Of a stretch of DNA of 64,000 bases, positions 37,704-51,050 are shown in pieces. This DNA is from Podarcis gaigeae (lineage: Eukaryota): assembly GCA_964106915.2 (NCBI GenBank), contig OZ066914.1; one strand, written 5' to 3'. Each line of letters starts with the position of its first letter. The first letter of the stretch is position 1. Under the pieces are notes generated by a model that saw nothing but the letters and a program-made list of their open reading frames with translations, ran no database searches and was not told the origin of the DNA. Position numbers and translations under genes: made by a program.

Positions 37704-37722
37704 TGGCCAGTAGGGGGCGCTG
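37704..37722 (+). promoter_or_regulatory. CTCF core motif
   Basis: TGGCCAGTAGGGGGCGCTG matches the consensus CCASYAGRKGGCRS, in unique sequence. Confidence 0.65.
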
Positions 37723-37821
37723 AGTTCACTTGCAGTCCATCCCTTGGCTCTGTTCTCCAGATGACTCACAAAAGATTCCCATAATTTAACAAAAGGTTTA
37801 AGAACTGCAAGCCCCTGAAGA

Positions 37822-38948
37822 ACCTTCCTGCCGCAGTGGTACCTATTTATCTTTTTTTTTATAATAATTTTTATTGATTTTGCAACACAAATTAAAGAAC
37901 AAAACAACACACAATACATAGACAAACAAAACATATAAACATGTATAATTTCAACACCTCTTTTTCATAGACCTTGCTTCCCAGACTTCCCCTTACCTCC
38001 CCTTTTCTGCATCCCTGTTTTAAAATTTATTCAACAACCCCTCACTCCAATTAACTAATTGCTCATTTTCTTTTTTTTTAGCTTCTTCTCATACTTAGTC
38101 AATTACAGCTGTCATTCTATATTTTCTCCTTTCCCTTGACATTTTAGCACTCATTAATTTTACAACAGTTCTTGAGATATACTTTAAATTTCTTCCAGTT
38201 TTCTTCCACTGTCCCTTTTTCTTGGTCACGGATTCTGCCCATCATCTCCGCCAATCCCATGTAGTCAATCACCTTCGACTGCCATTCTTCCAGTGTGGGT
38301 AGTTCTTGTGTCTTCCAATACTTTGCTAAAAGAATCCTTGCTGCTGTGGTAGCATACATAAAAAACGTCCTATCCTTCCTTGACACCAATTGGCCGACCA
38401 TGCCCAGGAGAAATGCATCTGGTTTCTTATGAAAAGTACATTTAAGTACCTTCTTAATTTCATTATAAATCATTTCCCAGAAGGCTTTAATCCTCGGGCA
38501 AGTCCACCAAAGGTGATAAAAGGTACCTTCAGTCGCATTGCATTTCCAACATTTATTATTGGGCAGATGATAAATTTTTGCAAGCTTGACGGGGGTCATG
38601 TACCACCTATAAATCATTTTTATAATATTTTCTCTTAAGGCATTGCATGCCGTGAATTTTATACCGGTGGTCCATAACTGTTCCCAGTCTGCAAACATGA
38701 TGTCATAACCAATGTCTTGTGCCCATTTAATCATAGCTGATTTAACTGTCTCATCTAGTGTACTCCACTTCAACAGCAGGTTATACATCTATTTATCTAC
38801 TTGCACTAGTGTGCTTTCGAACTGCTAGGTTGGCAGAAGCTGGGACAGAGCAATGGGAGCTCACCACCATTGCACAGATTCGTACCGCCGACCTTCTGAT
38901 TGCAAGCCCAAGAGGCTCAGTGGTTTAGACCACAGCGCCACCCGCATC
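37822..38948 (-). mobile_element. Sauria SINE split by an L1 insertion
   Basis: SINE pieces at 37822-37852 and 38789-38948 join across the TSD CTATTTATCT. Confidence 0.85.
37853..38788 (-). mobile_element. L1-clade LINE 3' fragment with intact ORF2 C-terminus
   Basis: ORF 38144-38788 (214 aa) has the cysteine-rich CWKC...HLWWTC motif; 10-bp TSD CTATTTATCT (37843-37852 / 38789-38798); poly-T tail on the left. Confidence 0.92.
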
Positions 38949-41738
38949 TCTATATACATACACCACAGCTATACATCACCTATCTATATGCAGACATCAC
39001 ATCAGTCCTGAACAGGTGAGAATCTAATTTGTATTACAAATGCTTCTCCAGAGTTCACTATCCCCTATTAACAGTAATACATAGATGCAAATCACATTAA
39101 AGACTCAAAAGCAGCTGAAAGGTAATGTGTGAAAATGTCCTACCTCTTCACCAAGGCAAGGCCTATTCACCTGGCTCCCCCTCTCCCACTGAATGCTATG
39201 AATGATCTAGGATCCATACCCCAGGAACATTTGCAGTGTCATAACACAACGTGCACATACAGAACAGGATTCTCCATGAGTCTTTACCCTCACAAACACA
39301 TCTGGAATGTCACTGGGAAGAGGCAGGTTTGAGTGACAGTTGTGTGGAAGGGGGAAGAGGTGGATGGAAGAGGGGTTAAGCACTCTCCCTCTATTGCCAT
39401 CTCTCTGTAAATTACCCCTCCCCAGCTGCGTAGTGGAATTTTGTTGCACAGATTGGTTTGTAAGATGTGGTTCCATCTGATGCAAGGACAGTTCTTTCGA
39501 ATTGTATTGTGGATTTTTCTCAGAAGCACATTTTGTAAGGAGAGCCTTTGGGAAAAGAGAATGAAAGGGGAATGAATATTTTATCTTTAGTAACTGGTCA
39601 TTTCCATTCTGAAGAGAGGAAACGAAGGGCCGTCTGTTGGGTGCTGAATATTCAACACACAATCAGCAACTGGGTTATGTATGAATATAAGGATGTGTTA
39701 TTATTTATAAAGCTTCATAGTCATGCACAACACTTTACTAGCAGAAATATGCTATGATAGGTAGCAAGGCCATTGTAGCTTTTGCTTTCTCTGTGTGTTT
39801 TTATAATTACTGTTACGGATACATACATATGGATCCCTGTCCTGACACTAGGAATGGATTTTCTTTCCTAGAATACCCACTGGTTCCAAGGAAGGGTCTC
39901 ATACTGTAGCCTGCCCCAGGAAAGTCTTTTCCTCCTGCTCCTGTATACAAGACATCCACTTTAACTAATGACAGCCTTCGGCCTGGTACTTAGATGTGGA
40001 GAAATGGTAGTGGCAGGAACATGAAGCGCAAAGGGCAGCTTTTTATGCAAGGCAGTGGTGTAGCAAAGTAATTTTTTTTACCCTGAACTTAATGGTTTCA
40101 TGTGGGGACTCCTTTAGACGGTGCTGTATATTACCACACTTCAAATGTGGTTCACCAACCTTGCTGCATTTGAGGACCCTCCTGCTAAGTGGGCCTCTGA
40201 ATTTCTGTCCCGACAGCACTGTTTATGCAAGACATCATTCTCTTAACTTCAACCATCCATCTGTGACATCAGGAAAATGACACTGGCAAACATCACTTGT
40301 AAGCCAACATCACTTGAGGTAAACAAAAAAAAAAAAAGGTGTTTTATTAATTTTTTAGTCATGCTGTGGAGAGGGGCTGTACAGATGGGTTGTAAGATGC
40401 TTGGAGACCTTCAGATAATGAGATAACAAGTGTTGTTGTTGTTGAGGCTCCCTGTGACTGCTAATGAGGATCCTGCTGTTTTGCACAATCATTGTTCAAT
40501 GTCCTGGTCACCCTTGCCTGAATGCTTACCAACAGCCATTATTAGGAAATTCCATGTCTTCCTCTAGCTGTTTAGGATAAACTAAATACCCCCCTGTGCT
40601 ATTTACTTTCTGCCTCTGAATCATCCGTTTGCTCCCCTCCTTCACCACACAGCTCTTCATGCTCAATTATGCTAAGTAATACATCTTCCTTACAAGACGG
40701 GGTATCTTTCTTTTCATTTAGAGCTCCTCTCCCATCTTTATAGCTGTGGAAGGCTCCTCCAAATATTTGTTCCCTGCCTATGTGATATTTCCTGGCATGC
40801 AGAAGGGAATTTGACTTTGAAAGGCGGCAGCAAATGATTCAAATGTTAATTTCAGCAACAGCTTTCCTAACACATCAGGATGCGCAGCCAGTTGCTGCTT
40901 GGTACATTTGCCTCTAATTTCACCCTCCTCTCATTTTCTCCAGCCTTTCCTAATCACAACTAAAAGGTTACATTCTCCTGCTCTCTTACTCTCTCTCATT
41001 TTTCACTGAGACAGTGAAGCCAGGTTAAGACACATTTTGATGAATTAATCTGGGAGGACAGTGGTTGTTACCCTGAAAGAGCCAGGGGGAAATAATGAAG
41101 ACTGTAAGGCACAAAGAGCCCAGGTAGATTAGACCAAAGCGTCTTGTTTCTCACAGGTACCATGAGGGGGGGCCCTCACAAACAGGACAATAACACTCCC
41201 CCTCTCTGCCAAACAGTGGCAGGAGTGTGTGGGGCCACAGGCTCACACACATGGTCATGTTCCTTTGGAGAATGGAAGACAAAGCGGAAACAGCCGTGCT
41301 TCAAGATATATGGTTTTATATTTTCACCTTCAGTCTGCATGAAGGGGGTTCAGATCTGACAGCATGGTCCAAAGCATTGCAGGCAGTTCTTCCTTCTCCC
41401 TCACCAAGATGGATCTCACCCTTTCTTCTTCCCAGAAGCTCCTTGTCCTCCCCCACAACAGTTACCCTGGCAACCTTCCAAATCTCCAATCTCTGGTCAC
41501 ACCTGGGCAAGAAGTTCCATTGTCTTGTTAATGACCCACAATGGCTCTCTTAACGGCCCTAGTTTGGCCAGGCTACCCAGGAACCCCTTTGCAGCTTATA
41601 TTCTCCCTTCATATCACAAATAACCCCAAATCCTAGCATTTATAAATTTTAGTATTTGGGGGAACCCCCCCAAGTTCTGTAACAGTGGCCAATGGTCAGA
41701 ATCCCACCACTCTCTGGGACACCCTTCCACTTGCTGTT

Positions 41739-42062
41739 AGGTAAAGGTAAAGGGACCCCTGACCGTTAGGTCTAGTCATGACCGACTCTGGGGTTGCGGC
41801 GCTCATCTCGCTTTATTGGCCGAGGGAGTGGGCGTACAGCTTCCGGGTCATGTGGCCAGCATGACTAAGCCGCTTCTGGCGAACCAGAGCAGCGCACGGA
41901 AACGCTGTTTATCTTCCTGCTGGAGCAGTACCTATTTATCTACTGGCACTTTGACGTGCTTTCGAACTGCTAGGTTGGCAGGAGCAGGGACTGAGCAACG
42001 GGAGCTCACCCCGTCACGGGGATTCGAACCACCGACCTTCCGATTGGCAAGCCCTAGGCTCA
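41739..42062 (-). mobile_element. Sauria SINE
   Basis: Starts AGGTAAAGGTAAAGGGACCCC; CCTATTTATCTACT core; GGATTCGAACC B box. Confidence 0.9.
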
Positions 42063-42609
42063 GAGGCAAGCTTCGAAGATCCATCCATCTGTTTAAGCAG
42101 GCATTCCACGGCTCGTAACTTTCTTCACATTATTCTGCTTTATTATTTATTGATATTTAACTGCATCTTTTATTGATGGCTTCTCTGTTTTTGCTGATGT
42201 ATTTCTATGTACGTTCAGTTTTAAGTGTTGCGTATACATTCCACACCCCCTTTCCTTTTTAATGATCTTACTGTGTTTTATGTCAACTGCTGAGGGATTT
42301 TGCATATTAAGTGGCATATAAATATTATTAATCATTAATGATAATCTTACTCTCCCATAATTGGTGGATCTAAAAGAGTGCTCAGCAAAAGAAAAAAGAA
42401 TAAATTGATCGTGTGGGGGGATGGGAAAATTGGGAGCCCCACAAAGCTTTGGACCTCATGACATTAGGGGTGGGGAACACAGTTATGTCCGCGGTCAATT
42501 AAGAAAACTATTTTAAATGACAGTTTGGGTTTTTTGTGGGGGAGGCTATGATTTAGCGACCGTTGTTCTAAAAGATGGTGTAGGTTGCTCTTTATACTCT
42601 GTTTAAATA

Positions 42610-43020
42610 CTACCAGTGGAAGAGAGCCCATCGCCTCCTGAGGCAGATTGTTCTACTGATGGTCAGTTCTGACTGTCAGGAAGCTTTTCCTGCTTCCTTG
42701 CAATTCCTATCTGTTGGGTCTATTTGTTCCACCCATTGGAGCAAGAGAAAAGGAAGTCTGCTTTATCTTGTGCACAACAGTCCTGCAGATAGTTGCAGAC
42801 CCTGATGGTCTCTCAGCTTGATATTTCCTTTTCAATGCAAAACATGTCCAGCTCTATTGACTTTCCCCCAAAGGACTTGGTCTCCACACCCCTCATCATC
42901 CTGTCCCTCACCCTCTGGACACACTCCAGTTTGTCAGTGTAATTCTTAAAATGTGGTGCCCTAAACTGGACACACAGTACTTCAGAGGCAGCCTGACCAA
43001 TGCACAACAGAGTGCAAACA
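42610..43020 (-). mobile_element. Old CR1 fragment
   Basis: Minus-strand relic CVQFRAPHFKNYTDKLECVQR. Confidence 0.75.
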
Positions 43021-43635
43021 TTTCTTTTTGGGATCTGGGCACTGTATGTGCTGAACAATTATAAGGATTCTGGGTGACAGCAGCTTGAATAGTCTAGGGA
43101 CAAGTAAAAGAATGGCTGAGTAATAATTGTACTGGCCCCATGCAAGACAAGACCAGCTCTGCCCTGATCTCCCTTTCTCAATATTCACTAATTGGACCTT
43201 GACCTGCCACTTCCCTTCCCCAGAAAGGACTTGCATACCTTGCCAGACACTGCTTCCTACAATTACTGGTTAAAACATCTTCTGCATGCGCTCGATTTTC
43301 ACGGAAATGACACACACTGCTTCACTGCCTGTACCCTGATTTGTGATAAAGCATTCTCCAATAAAAGAATTTTATGCCTTTTTATATGCTTGGGTTCATT
43401 GGTGGAATGGCAAATAGTTCATCAGCGCAAGGAAACATTTTTCTCCTCTCCTTCCTCCTGCACCCTCATAATCTGTTCTAGGGGTTCCCCCAACCCCCTG
43501 GAGAAAATCTGGGGACAGCGGAGGTGACATGGAGAAGAGAGAAAGCCCATTGTGCAAGCAGAAGTTGTTCTGCTACCTCACTTACTTAGCAGAATAATGC
43601 CCTGTGTTACATTTTTTGTAAATAAAATTCAAGTA

Positions 43636-43895
43636 CAGTCATACCTCGAGTTGAATGTGCTTCGGGTTGAGCGCGTTCGAGTTGTGCTCCGTGGCAACCC
43701 GGAAGTAACGGAGCATGTTACTTCCGGGTTTTGCCACTTGCGCATGCGCAGACGCTCAAAATGACGTCACACGCATGCGCGGAAGCGGCAAAACACAACC
43801 CGCGCACGCGCAGACGCACCGTCACATCTTGCATTCCATTCGGGATGCAAACAGGGCTCTGGAACGGATTCCGTTCGCATCCCGAGTTTCCACTG
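43636..43895. mobile_element. Tigger/pogo-like MITE, family B (CpG-rich)
   Basis: TA-flanked CAGTCATACCTCG...CGAGTTTCCACTG; homologous to 55400-55660. Confidence 0.85.
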
Positions 43896-43966
43896 TATAT
43901 AAAAAGGCATAAAATATTGTTCTAATACAAAGACTCTGCTCCGGTTTAAGATGCTATAGAGCTAGA

Positions 43967-44330
43967 TAAATGCTGACCTTTAAAGCCCTAAATGGCCTCA
44001 GTCCAGTAGACCTGAGGGAGCGTCTCCACCCCCATCGTTCTGCCTGGACACTGAGGTCCAGCACCAAGGGCCTTCTGGCGGTTCCCTCACTGCGAGAAGC
44101 CAAGTTACAGGGAACCAGGCAGAGGGCCTTCTCGGTAGTGGCACCTGCCTTGTGGAACACCCTCCCACGAGATGTCAGAGAGAAAAACAACTACCAGACT
44201 TTTAGAAGACATCTGAAGGCAGCCCTGTTTAGGGAAACTTCTAATGTTTAACAGACTATTGTATTTTAATATTTTGTTGGAAGCCGCCCAGAGTGGCTGG
44301 GGAAAAATATTATTATTGTTATTATTATTA
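43967..44330 (+). mobile_element. L2 LINE 3' end
   Basis: ORF 43970-44251: LTFKALNGL...RAFSVVAPALWNTLP...FRRHLKAALF; (TAT)n tail. Confidence 0.9.
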
Positions 44331-44986
44331 AAGTTACAACATCCATAAAGAGGAAACCTTCATCTTTGCATCCCAGTTGACAAAATGCAGCGTGCCTGCC
44401 AGCCAGCTAGGGAAAACTAAGACAATATTGTTAAAGAAATCTGTTTACTTAGCTGTGATGTAATGTGGTATCACAATCTCCCTAAAAGAGTCTAGTGTCT
44501 GTCTCCATGATCAGTTTGAGGACACAATGGATGACCGATGTGTGGCTTGAACATGCAGGCTAGATCAGAAAGAGTATGTAATTGCACATTTTCAATGTAT
44601 TAAGTCCCATTATCCACAGTGGGACTTCCTTCTGAGTACCTTAAATCATTGCATAAGAGTATTTTAATTCCAAACCTTAAGTTCTTCAGGATAGCTTTGC
44701 TGGACTTTAGCTGGAGCAGGTGAGGAAGAATATTTATTTTCAATTTAAAAGCAACATTTTAAAAAGCTGTGCTGGATCAGACTGAGAATACATCTAGCCC
44801 AGTTTATGAGGAGCTTCATATCCCATGATTGCTAAATTTACTCAGGAGCCTTTGATGAGGGACTTGGACAAAGTATTTTGGAAGTCCCAAGAGCATAATG
44901 TGTATGCTTGTTGAAGCTTAAAGAATTCAGAAAGATTGGTAAGGAGAATTTCAGAATCCATGCTTCGTAAGGTTTATCCTTCTAGA

Positions 44987-45518
44987 CAGGGCTTTTTTTC
45001 CAGCTGGAACTCACTGAAATCCAGTTCCAGCACCTCTCAGGTGGGAGCTATTGCCATTACAATAGGTAAAGGTAAATGACCCCTGGACTGTTAAGTCCAG
45101 TCAAAGGTGACTATGGGGTTGCGGTGCTCATCTCGCTTTCAGGCCAAGGGAGCCGGTGTTTGTCCACAGACAGCTTTTCAGGTCATGTGGCCAGCATGAC
45201 TAAGCCACTTCTGGCACAACAGAACACCGTGACGGAAACCAGAGCACATGGAAACACCGTTTACCTTCCCGCCACAGTGGTACCTATTTATCTACTTTCA
45301 CTGTCATGCTTTCGAATTGCTAGGTTGGCAGGAGCTGGGACAGAGCATGTGGAGCGCACTCCATCGCGGGGATTTGAACCACCGACCTTCCAATCAGCAA
45401 GCCCAAGAGGCTCAGTGGTTTAGACCACAGCGCCACCTGCGTCCCTGCCATTATAATAGAACAAGGGAGATGTGTATGGTGAGTTCTGACACCTCTTTTT
45501 CTAGAAAAATAGCACTGC
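44987..45518 (+). mobile_element. Short DNA-transposon-like element split by a Sauria SINE
   Basis: CAGGGCTTTTTTT...AAAAATAGCACTG termini; an uninterrupted related copy lies in reverse orientation at about 52230-52355. Confidence 0.6.
45066..45445 (-). mobile_element. Sauria SINE
   Basis: Full length; 14-bp TSD TGCCATTAYAATAG (45052-45065 / 45446-45459). Confidence 0.92.
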
Positions 45519-46859
45519 TTATAGATGTTTAACGTTTCTACTTTTAATAATGTTTTCTGCCCATTTACCCAGCACAGTGGCAAGTCTACAATTTCCTGGA
45601 TTCCCTCTCCTCTTTAAAATTTGCAGCATTCAAAATTCTTTCATAAGGAGGATGGCTTTAATAATAAAAGAAGCATGCCTGTGAAAAGATTAGCAATTTC
45701 TCATTTGAGATTTGTTAAAGGATTCTCAGGTGGGTGCCATCTGGCGGCTAGTGAATTTGTAACTTGTCAATTGGCTGTAAGCTTTCATTCTCTGTCACCT
45801 CGCTTCGGAAAACAATGGTTCAGGTGTCTTTCTAACATCTACAGCAAATGCCAAGGCAAATAATTCATGGGCTAGCCTATCTGCAATCTCTTCAGCATTC
45901 CTCTCACATCCTTGTCATTTAAAGGTCCTCCTATTCCCTTCTTGACTGGTTTCCTGCACCTAATGAATGCAAATAAATACACGTTGGTTGTTTTTAGCCA
46001 CTCAGTCCTTACATTCTTTATTTGTTTGCCTCATCATAAACTTACATTTGTTTTGCCTCAGTGTGTGTGTGTGTGCCAGACTTCCACTTTTTAAACAACA
46101 CTTGCAAAAATTCTTAAATTTTATTACTCTGTTGACGCTAGTTAACCATGCTGGCGTTCTCTTGAACCTGTTCATATCATTTCTGATCTGTGATATACAT
46201 TTTATCTGAGCTCCTAGTATAATGGTGTTCACCTCCAAGCTTCCTGGTGAAATTTGTCATTCCTGGCATAACGTGCTTTTAACTAACTAGGGGCTGCTGT
46301 CCTGCTGTTTCATTTTGCCAACGCCCTTCTCCTTGCCCCAGTCTCCCCTCCCCAGAGTTCTCCTTTCCATTACCACATCTCCCCTCTTCATGCCCCAGTT
46401 CCTTCTTCCTCACATTCCAAACCCACACAAGTGTCAAATTATCTCTTTCCCCAAAACCACCCTCTCTCCCACACCCAACATCTCTTCCTCCCTGTCCGAA
46501 AAAGACCCTTTCTGTGCCAGGGAGAAAGAGAGAGAGGAGAACTCCCCATGTCAGGTTATGGTGGTGCCTCTTCCTCCCCTTCCCTAAGTGATCCATTTTG
46601 GGTCCAAGGTGGATTCCTGCAAGTTTTGGTTCAGACTGAGTGCCTCTTGTGTCCCCCTAACAGGTTCAGACTGCCATCACAGTGTGATGACAGACTAGGA
46701 AATAAGTTATATAGAGATATATTATTTTTAATTATCTTCTAAAATGAAAATTGACCATGTTGGACTTTCTTGGCAATTTTCCACTTACATAATTTTAATT
46801 CAAGAGTGCTTGATCCCAGGCTGTTATCAACAATTACATCTCTAACTGGATTCTGGGCG

Positions 46860-46960
46860 CCACCAGCATTTTTACTTTGAAGCTTCTAGCATTATTATAC
46901 AAACATCTATGCATTTTGTTCCTTTGGATAGTTCTGCCTTTTGCATTTCTTTCCCCCCTT
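46860..46960 (-). mobile_element. Old CR1 ORF2 N-terminal relic
   Basis: Minus-strand RCLYNNARS resembles the CLYTNARS start of the CR1 endonuclease domain. Confidence 0.5.
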
Positions 46961-47919
46961 TTCCTGTCCAAGCTGATGTCTCCCATATTGCAAGCGATGC
47001 TGTCAAAGTGATAGCTTATTTCTAAAACATGGCTACCTGGGCCACACCATGGCAACAGCCTGTCGGAAAGATGCAAACTTTTCACTTGAGTCCCTGAAAA
47101 CTCTCCTGACTGATTTTCAGTGTGTGGCAATATGTACAACATAATGTGTTCCAAGATAGCTGCTTTGGATGACATATTTTTGCCCACAGCAGATTTCTGC
47201 AGTTGAGCTGCAAACTCAGGAAAACAGGAGGTTTGCAAGCAGGCAACAAACACACACATCAGACCTAAGCTTGGCCCACGAAGGAAAGAAAGTCCTACAT
47301 TAATGTGACAGATTTCAACATACATTTTAATACTGAGGAGAGATGCAAGGGTGTAGCTGGTGAACAGGACTCAATGACTCTGAGACTGAAAACATATCAA
47401 CTTATGAGACCCTAGGATGTGGGTGCAACTTAGTTGGTGTCAAGGGCCACATTCTCTCAGGGGGAAGTGGTTAGGGGCCGCATACAATCAGTGGACAAGG
47501 ATACCTATTTTGTTTCCCTCCCCTCCTTATTTATCCATCCCACATTCTTTTCACACACACCCCACAAATTCCCCCAACCAACCTCTTCCCTTTGTGACCT
47601 CCATCTTCTGCTCACTCCCATCCAGCCATCCAGTCAACCTGCTCCACTTCTGCCTTCCTGTCTCCTCCTTTGATGACACAGGCAGGTGGTACCCTTGAAG
47701 AGCCTATCAGAGCCAAGGAGTGCTCTCCCTCCTTCCCCTTTGTCATAAGTGTCGATATCATTCATCAATGTCACAAAGATGCAGCAATAACAAAGGGAGC
47801 AGATCACATGTTATAGAAATGCTGCCTATGATGTACCCCTTGCCTGTCCTTGGGAACACATTTGTAACATGGGCACAGAGCCATCCATTGTGACAACTTC
47901 AGTGCTTGCATGTAATTAA

Positions 47920-49220
47920 CAAATAGAGCCAAGGTGGCAAAATGGCTTCCTTTTAAAAAATAGAATTTTCTTGCAAAATAAAAAGGAGTATGAACTCTGG
48001 CAGAGCGCTAAGTTGATAGCAAAGCGAGCAAAAACCTCGAAGCTTAGGAAACCTATTGCTAAAGACATTGAAGCGTTCAATACACACCCTTTCAAAGACG
48101 GCAGAAGTAGAATGTTCCCCCACCAGTGGGACCATTGAATGATAAAGGTGTGGAAAGATTGCTGGAGGAGGATAGGCAGGTTGCAGATAAAGCCATGTGT
48201 ATGATTTGGAGAAATATTCATGGCCTGCCTGAAACACGGTTTTTGGCGAGAGCTTCTGATGAACTAAGTCTATCGGGATTACAGCATATAAAACTCTGAG
48301 GCTAATTGGTAAGTTAAAAATTAACAAACACTATATTCTGGGTGCCATTTATCCAAGAGTCTGTGCAGAACTCAAAAATTCTTAAAGGACTGTCGGTTAA
48401 ATGCCATCCTGAAATTAACCATCTTTAACAATATATGCAGCTTATCAAAATCAGCCTTGTTACTGGGCAGTTGAAAGGTAGTCAATGTACTAAATGTTTT
48501 TCAAAGGGACACAGTCGAGAATACAGGAAATAACTTCTATCCAAGGTAAGTTAGTGAAAAGCATGATTAAGGAAGCAATCCAAAGGCAAGATTCACTGGG
48601 ATGAGCAAGTCCAGCAGATCTCAGGCACAGTTAGTTGGAAGCTGGTGGAATTTACACTGGTTTAAGTGACACTGGTGTAAATTATCCCTATTCCAAACTC
48701 TGATCAGGAGCAGGCCACTGCAAGCTGAGAGGAACTCATGTGATCTGGGATGAGAGAGTTATGCTGGTGTTTCTCTAGCTGAGCTGAGATGTGGAGCTTA
48801 TGATGTCATAGCCCAACTGTACCAGGGATCGGCTGCCTGAACTGGAGACCCACTGGATCCTAAATTCCTCATCCTGGTGGATCCTGAGGTTGGAGTGCTC
48901 CATTAGACTGGCTCAGCCAGCAGTAATCCTGCTCCTGCACAGACCTTGGAATAAGGGTGATTTACGCCTGCTTCCTATACTTAGGATTGCTTTGTACATC
49001 TAGAATTATTAATCATGTGGAGTAATGAGTCCTCTTGAGGAAAACTCAGCATGGTGTCTATGATTGGAAGTCCTGCATCACCAGATTATTAGAATTATTT
49101 CATAGTGTCACTGTCAACCAACATATAGATATGGGTGATTTGGTATGCTTTATGTATTTGAACTTACAAAAAGCTTTTGATAAACTCCCTCATCAATGTC
49201 TCCTGAGTAAACTAAGCTAT
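47920..49220 (+). mobile_element. Decayed, discontinuous CR1 ORF2 fragments
   Basis: Relics IAKDI...VGPLNDKGV near 48055-48150 and YLNLQKAFDKLPH near 49155-49195. Confidence 0.6.
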
Positions 49221-49221
49221 C

Positions 49222-50620
49222 GTAGAATCATAGAATCTTAGAGTTGGGAGGGACCCAAGGGTCATCTAGACCAACCCCCTGCAATAAAGGAATCTCAGCT
49301 AGAGGATCCATGACAGATGACCATCCAACCTCTGTTTAAAAACCTCCGAGGAAGTAGAGTCCACCACCTCTCAAGGGAGTCTGTTCCACTGCCGAACAGC
49401 TCTTACTGGCAGAAGGTTTTTCCGAATGTTTAGTCAGAAACTCCTTTCTTGCAACTTGAAGCCATTGGTTTGAGTCCTCCAGAGCAGGAGAAAACAAGCA
49501 TGCTCCATCTTCCACGTGGCGGCCCCTGAGATATTTGAAGATGTTTATCATATCTTCTCTCAGTCTGGGAAATGATATACAATGAAATTAAAAGGATGTT
49601 TAAAATGACGTTTGCAAAAAAACACCTCCCCAAGTCTTTTTCATGGGAATTATAGGGCTAGAACTACCCAAATTGTATAGAAATTTATTCATGTACGCAA
49701 CTACAGTGGCAAGAATATTACTTGCCCAAAAATGGAAAGAAGAAGTCCCAGCAAAGGAGGTATGGATACAAAAACTTATGGAATATGCAGAAATGGCGAA
49801 ACTTACCAGAAGAATATAAGAAATCAAGATAACAAACTTTTTATAAAGGAATAGAAATGATTTATCGAATATTTACAGATAAATTGTAAACAGATAAAAA
49901 CAGTGGCAGGATTATTGTAATAATCTGCAGCTACATAAGAGTATATATTGAAAGAAGATAAATAAATAAGTTAAGTTAATTTGGATATGCAGAAGATATT
50001 AAGAATAAATTTAAGGAACCACAGAAAAAGGGGGAAGGAAGTCAAGTTTTAAAATGTTAAAATGATTGTAAAAGCAGTTAAATGTATGTGTCTGAAAAGT
50101 ATAATTCCCACCCCCAACCAAATCTTCTCTCAGTCTCCTCTTTTCCAGGCTAAACAGCCCCAGCTCCTTAAATTGTGGTGCCCATAATTGGACACAGTAT
50201 TCCAAGTGTGGTCTGACTAAGGCAGAATAGAGTGGTACTAGAATAGCATTAACTTTTCTTTGCTGCTGCATCACACTTTTGATTCATGTTAAGCTTGTGC
50301 TCCACCAAGACCCCTAGATCCTTTTCATGTGTACTGCTAGTAAGCCAGGTGTCCCCCATCCTATATTTGTGCATCTGGTTCTTCCTGCCTAAGTGCAGAA
50401 TCTTACATTTGTCCCTATTGAAATTCATTTTGTTAGCTTGTGCCCAGTTCTCCGATCTGTTAAGGCCATTTTGAATTCTGATTCTGTCTTCTGCAGCACA
50501 AGCTACCTCTCCCAGTTTGGTGTAACCTGCAAATTTGATGAGCATCCCCTCAATTCCTTCATCCAAGTCATTTATAAAGATGTTGAACAACAATGGGCCC
50601 AGGACAGATCCCTGCGGCAC
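49222..50620 (-). mobile_element. CR1 LINE 3' portion, interrupted by an L1 fragment
   Basis: Minus-strand PQGSVLGPLLFNIFINDL and LVRPHLEYC; TAGAATCATAGAATC tail at 49222. Confidence 0.9.
49567..50121 (+). mobile_element. L1-clade LINE 3' fragment
   Basis: Relic LFMYATTVARILLAQKWK; 15-bp TSD ATCTTCTCTCAGTCT (49552-49566 / 50122-50136). Confidence 0.88.
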
Positions 50621-51050
50621 ATAAAAGCAACACGTCCCTTTGCCAGATGGCTTACAATGACAGTTTACTGATGAAGGGCAATATAAAAATGTTTTAAACT
50701 GCTGGCCAGTTTGTACAGAAGAAAGCAGCCCTCAGGTTATTCTGGTCTCAAGCTATTTTGGATATAAATGATCATAACCCAGAACCTTGAGTCATGCCAG
50801 AAACATAGCAGCAAGACAAAGTGAGAGTTCAGGGTGCAGATAGATAGCCGTGCCCTGAACAACTGCAGAGAGAGCTCAGCTTGGGGATTTGTAGCAGCAA
50901 GGCTTCGATGGAGCAACCCTAGGCCAAGCCTTAAATAGAGTGACAGCTCCTTCTGGGTGGCTAGCTTGTGTGAGACACTTCCTCAGTTAAAAGGGCCCTA
51001 CTTGCTTCAACAGCCATTGACTCTAGTAGCTTGGTAGAGTCTGCAGTTCT

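Noticed and set aside
38144-38788. 214-aa ORF as a host gene
   Set aside because: It is the L1 ORF2 C-terminus, bounded by a TSD and a poly-A tail.
48590-48940. Non-CR1 segment within the decayed CR1, possibly another LTR
   Set aside because: No TG...CA termini or TSD could be identified.
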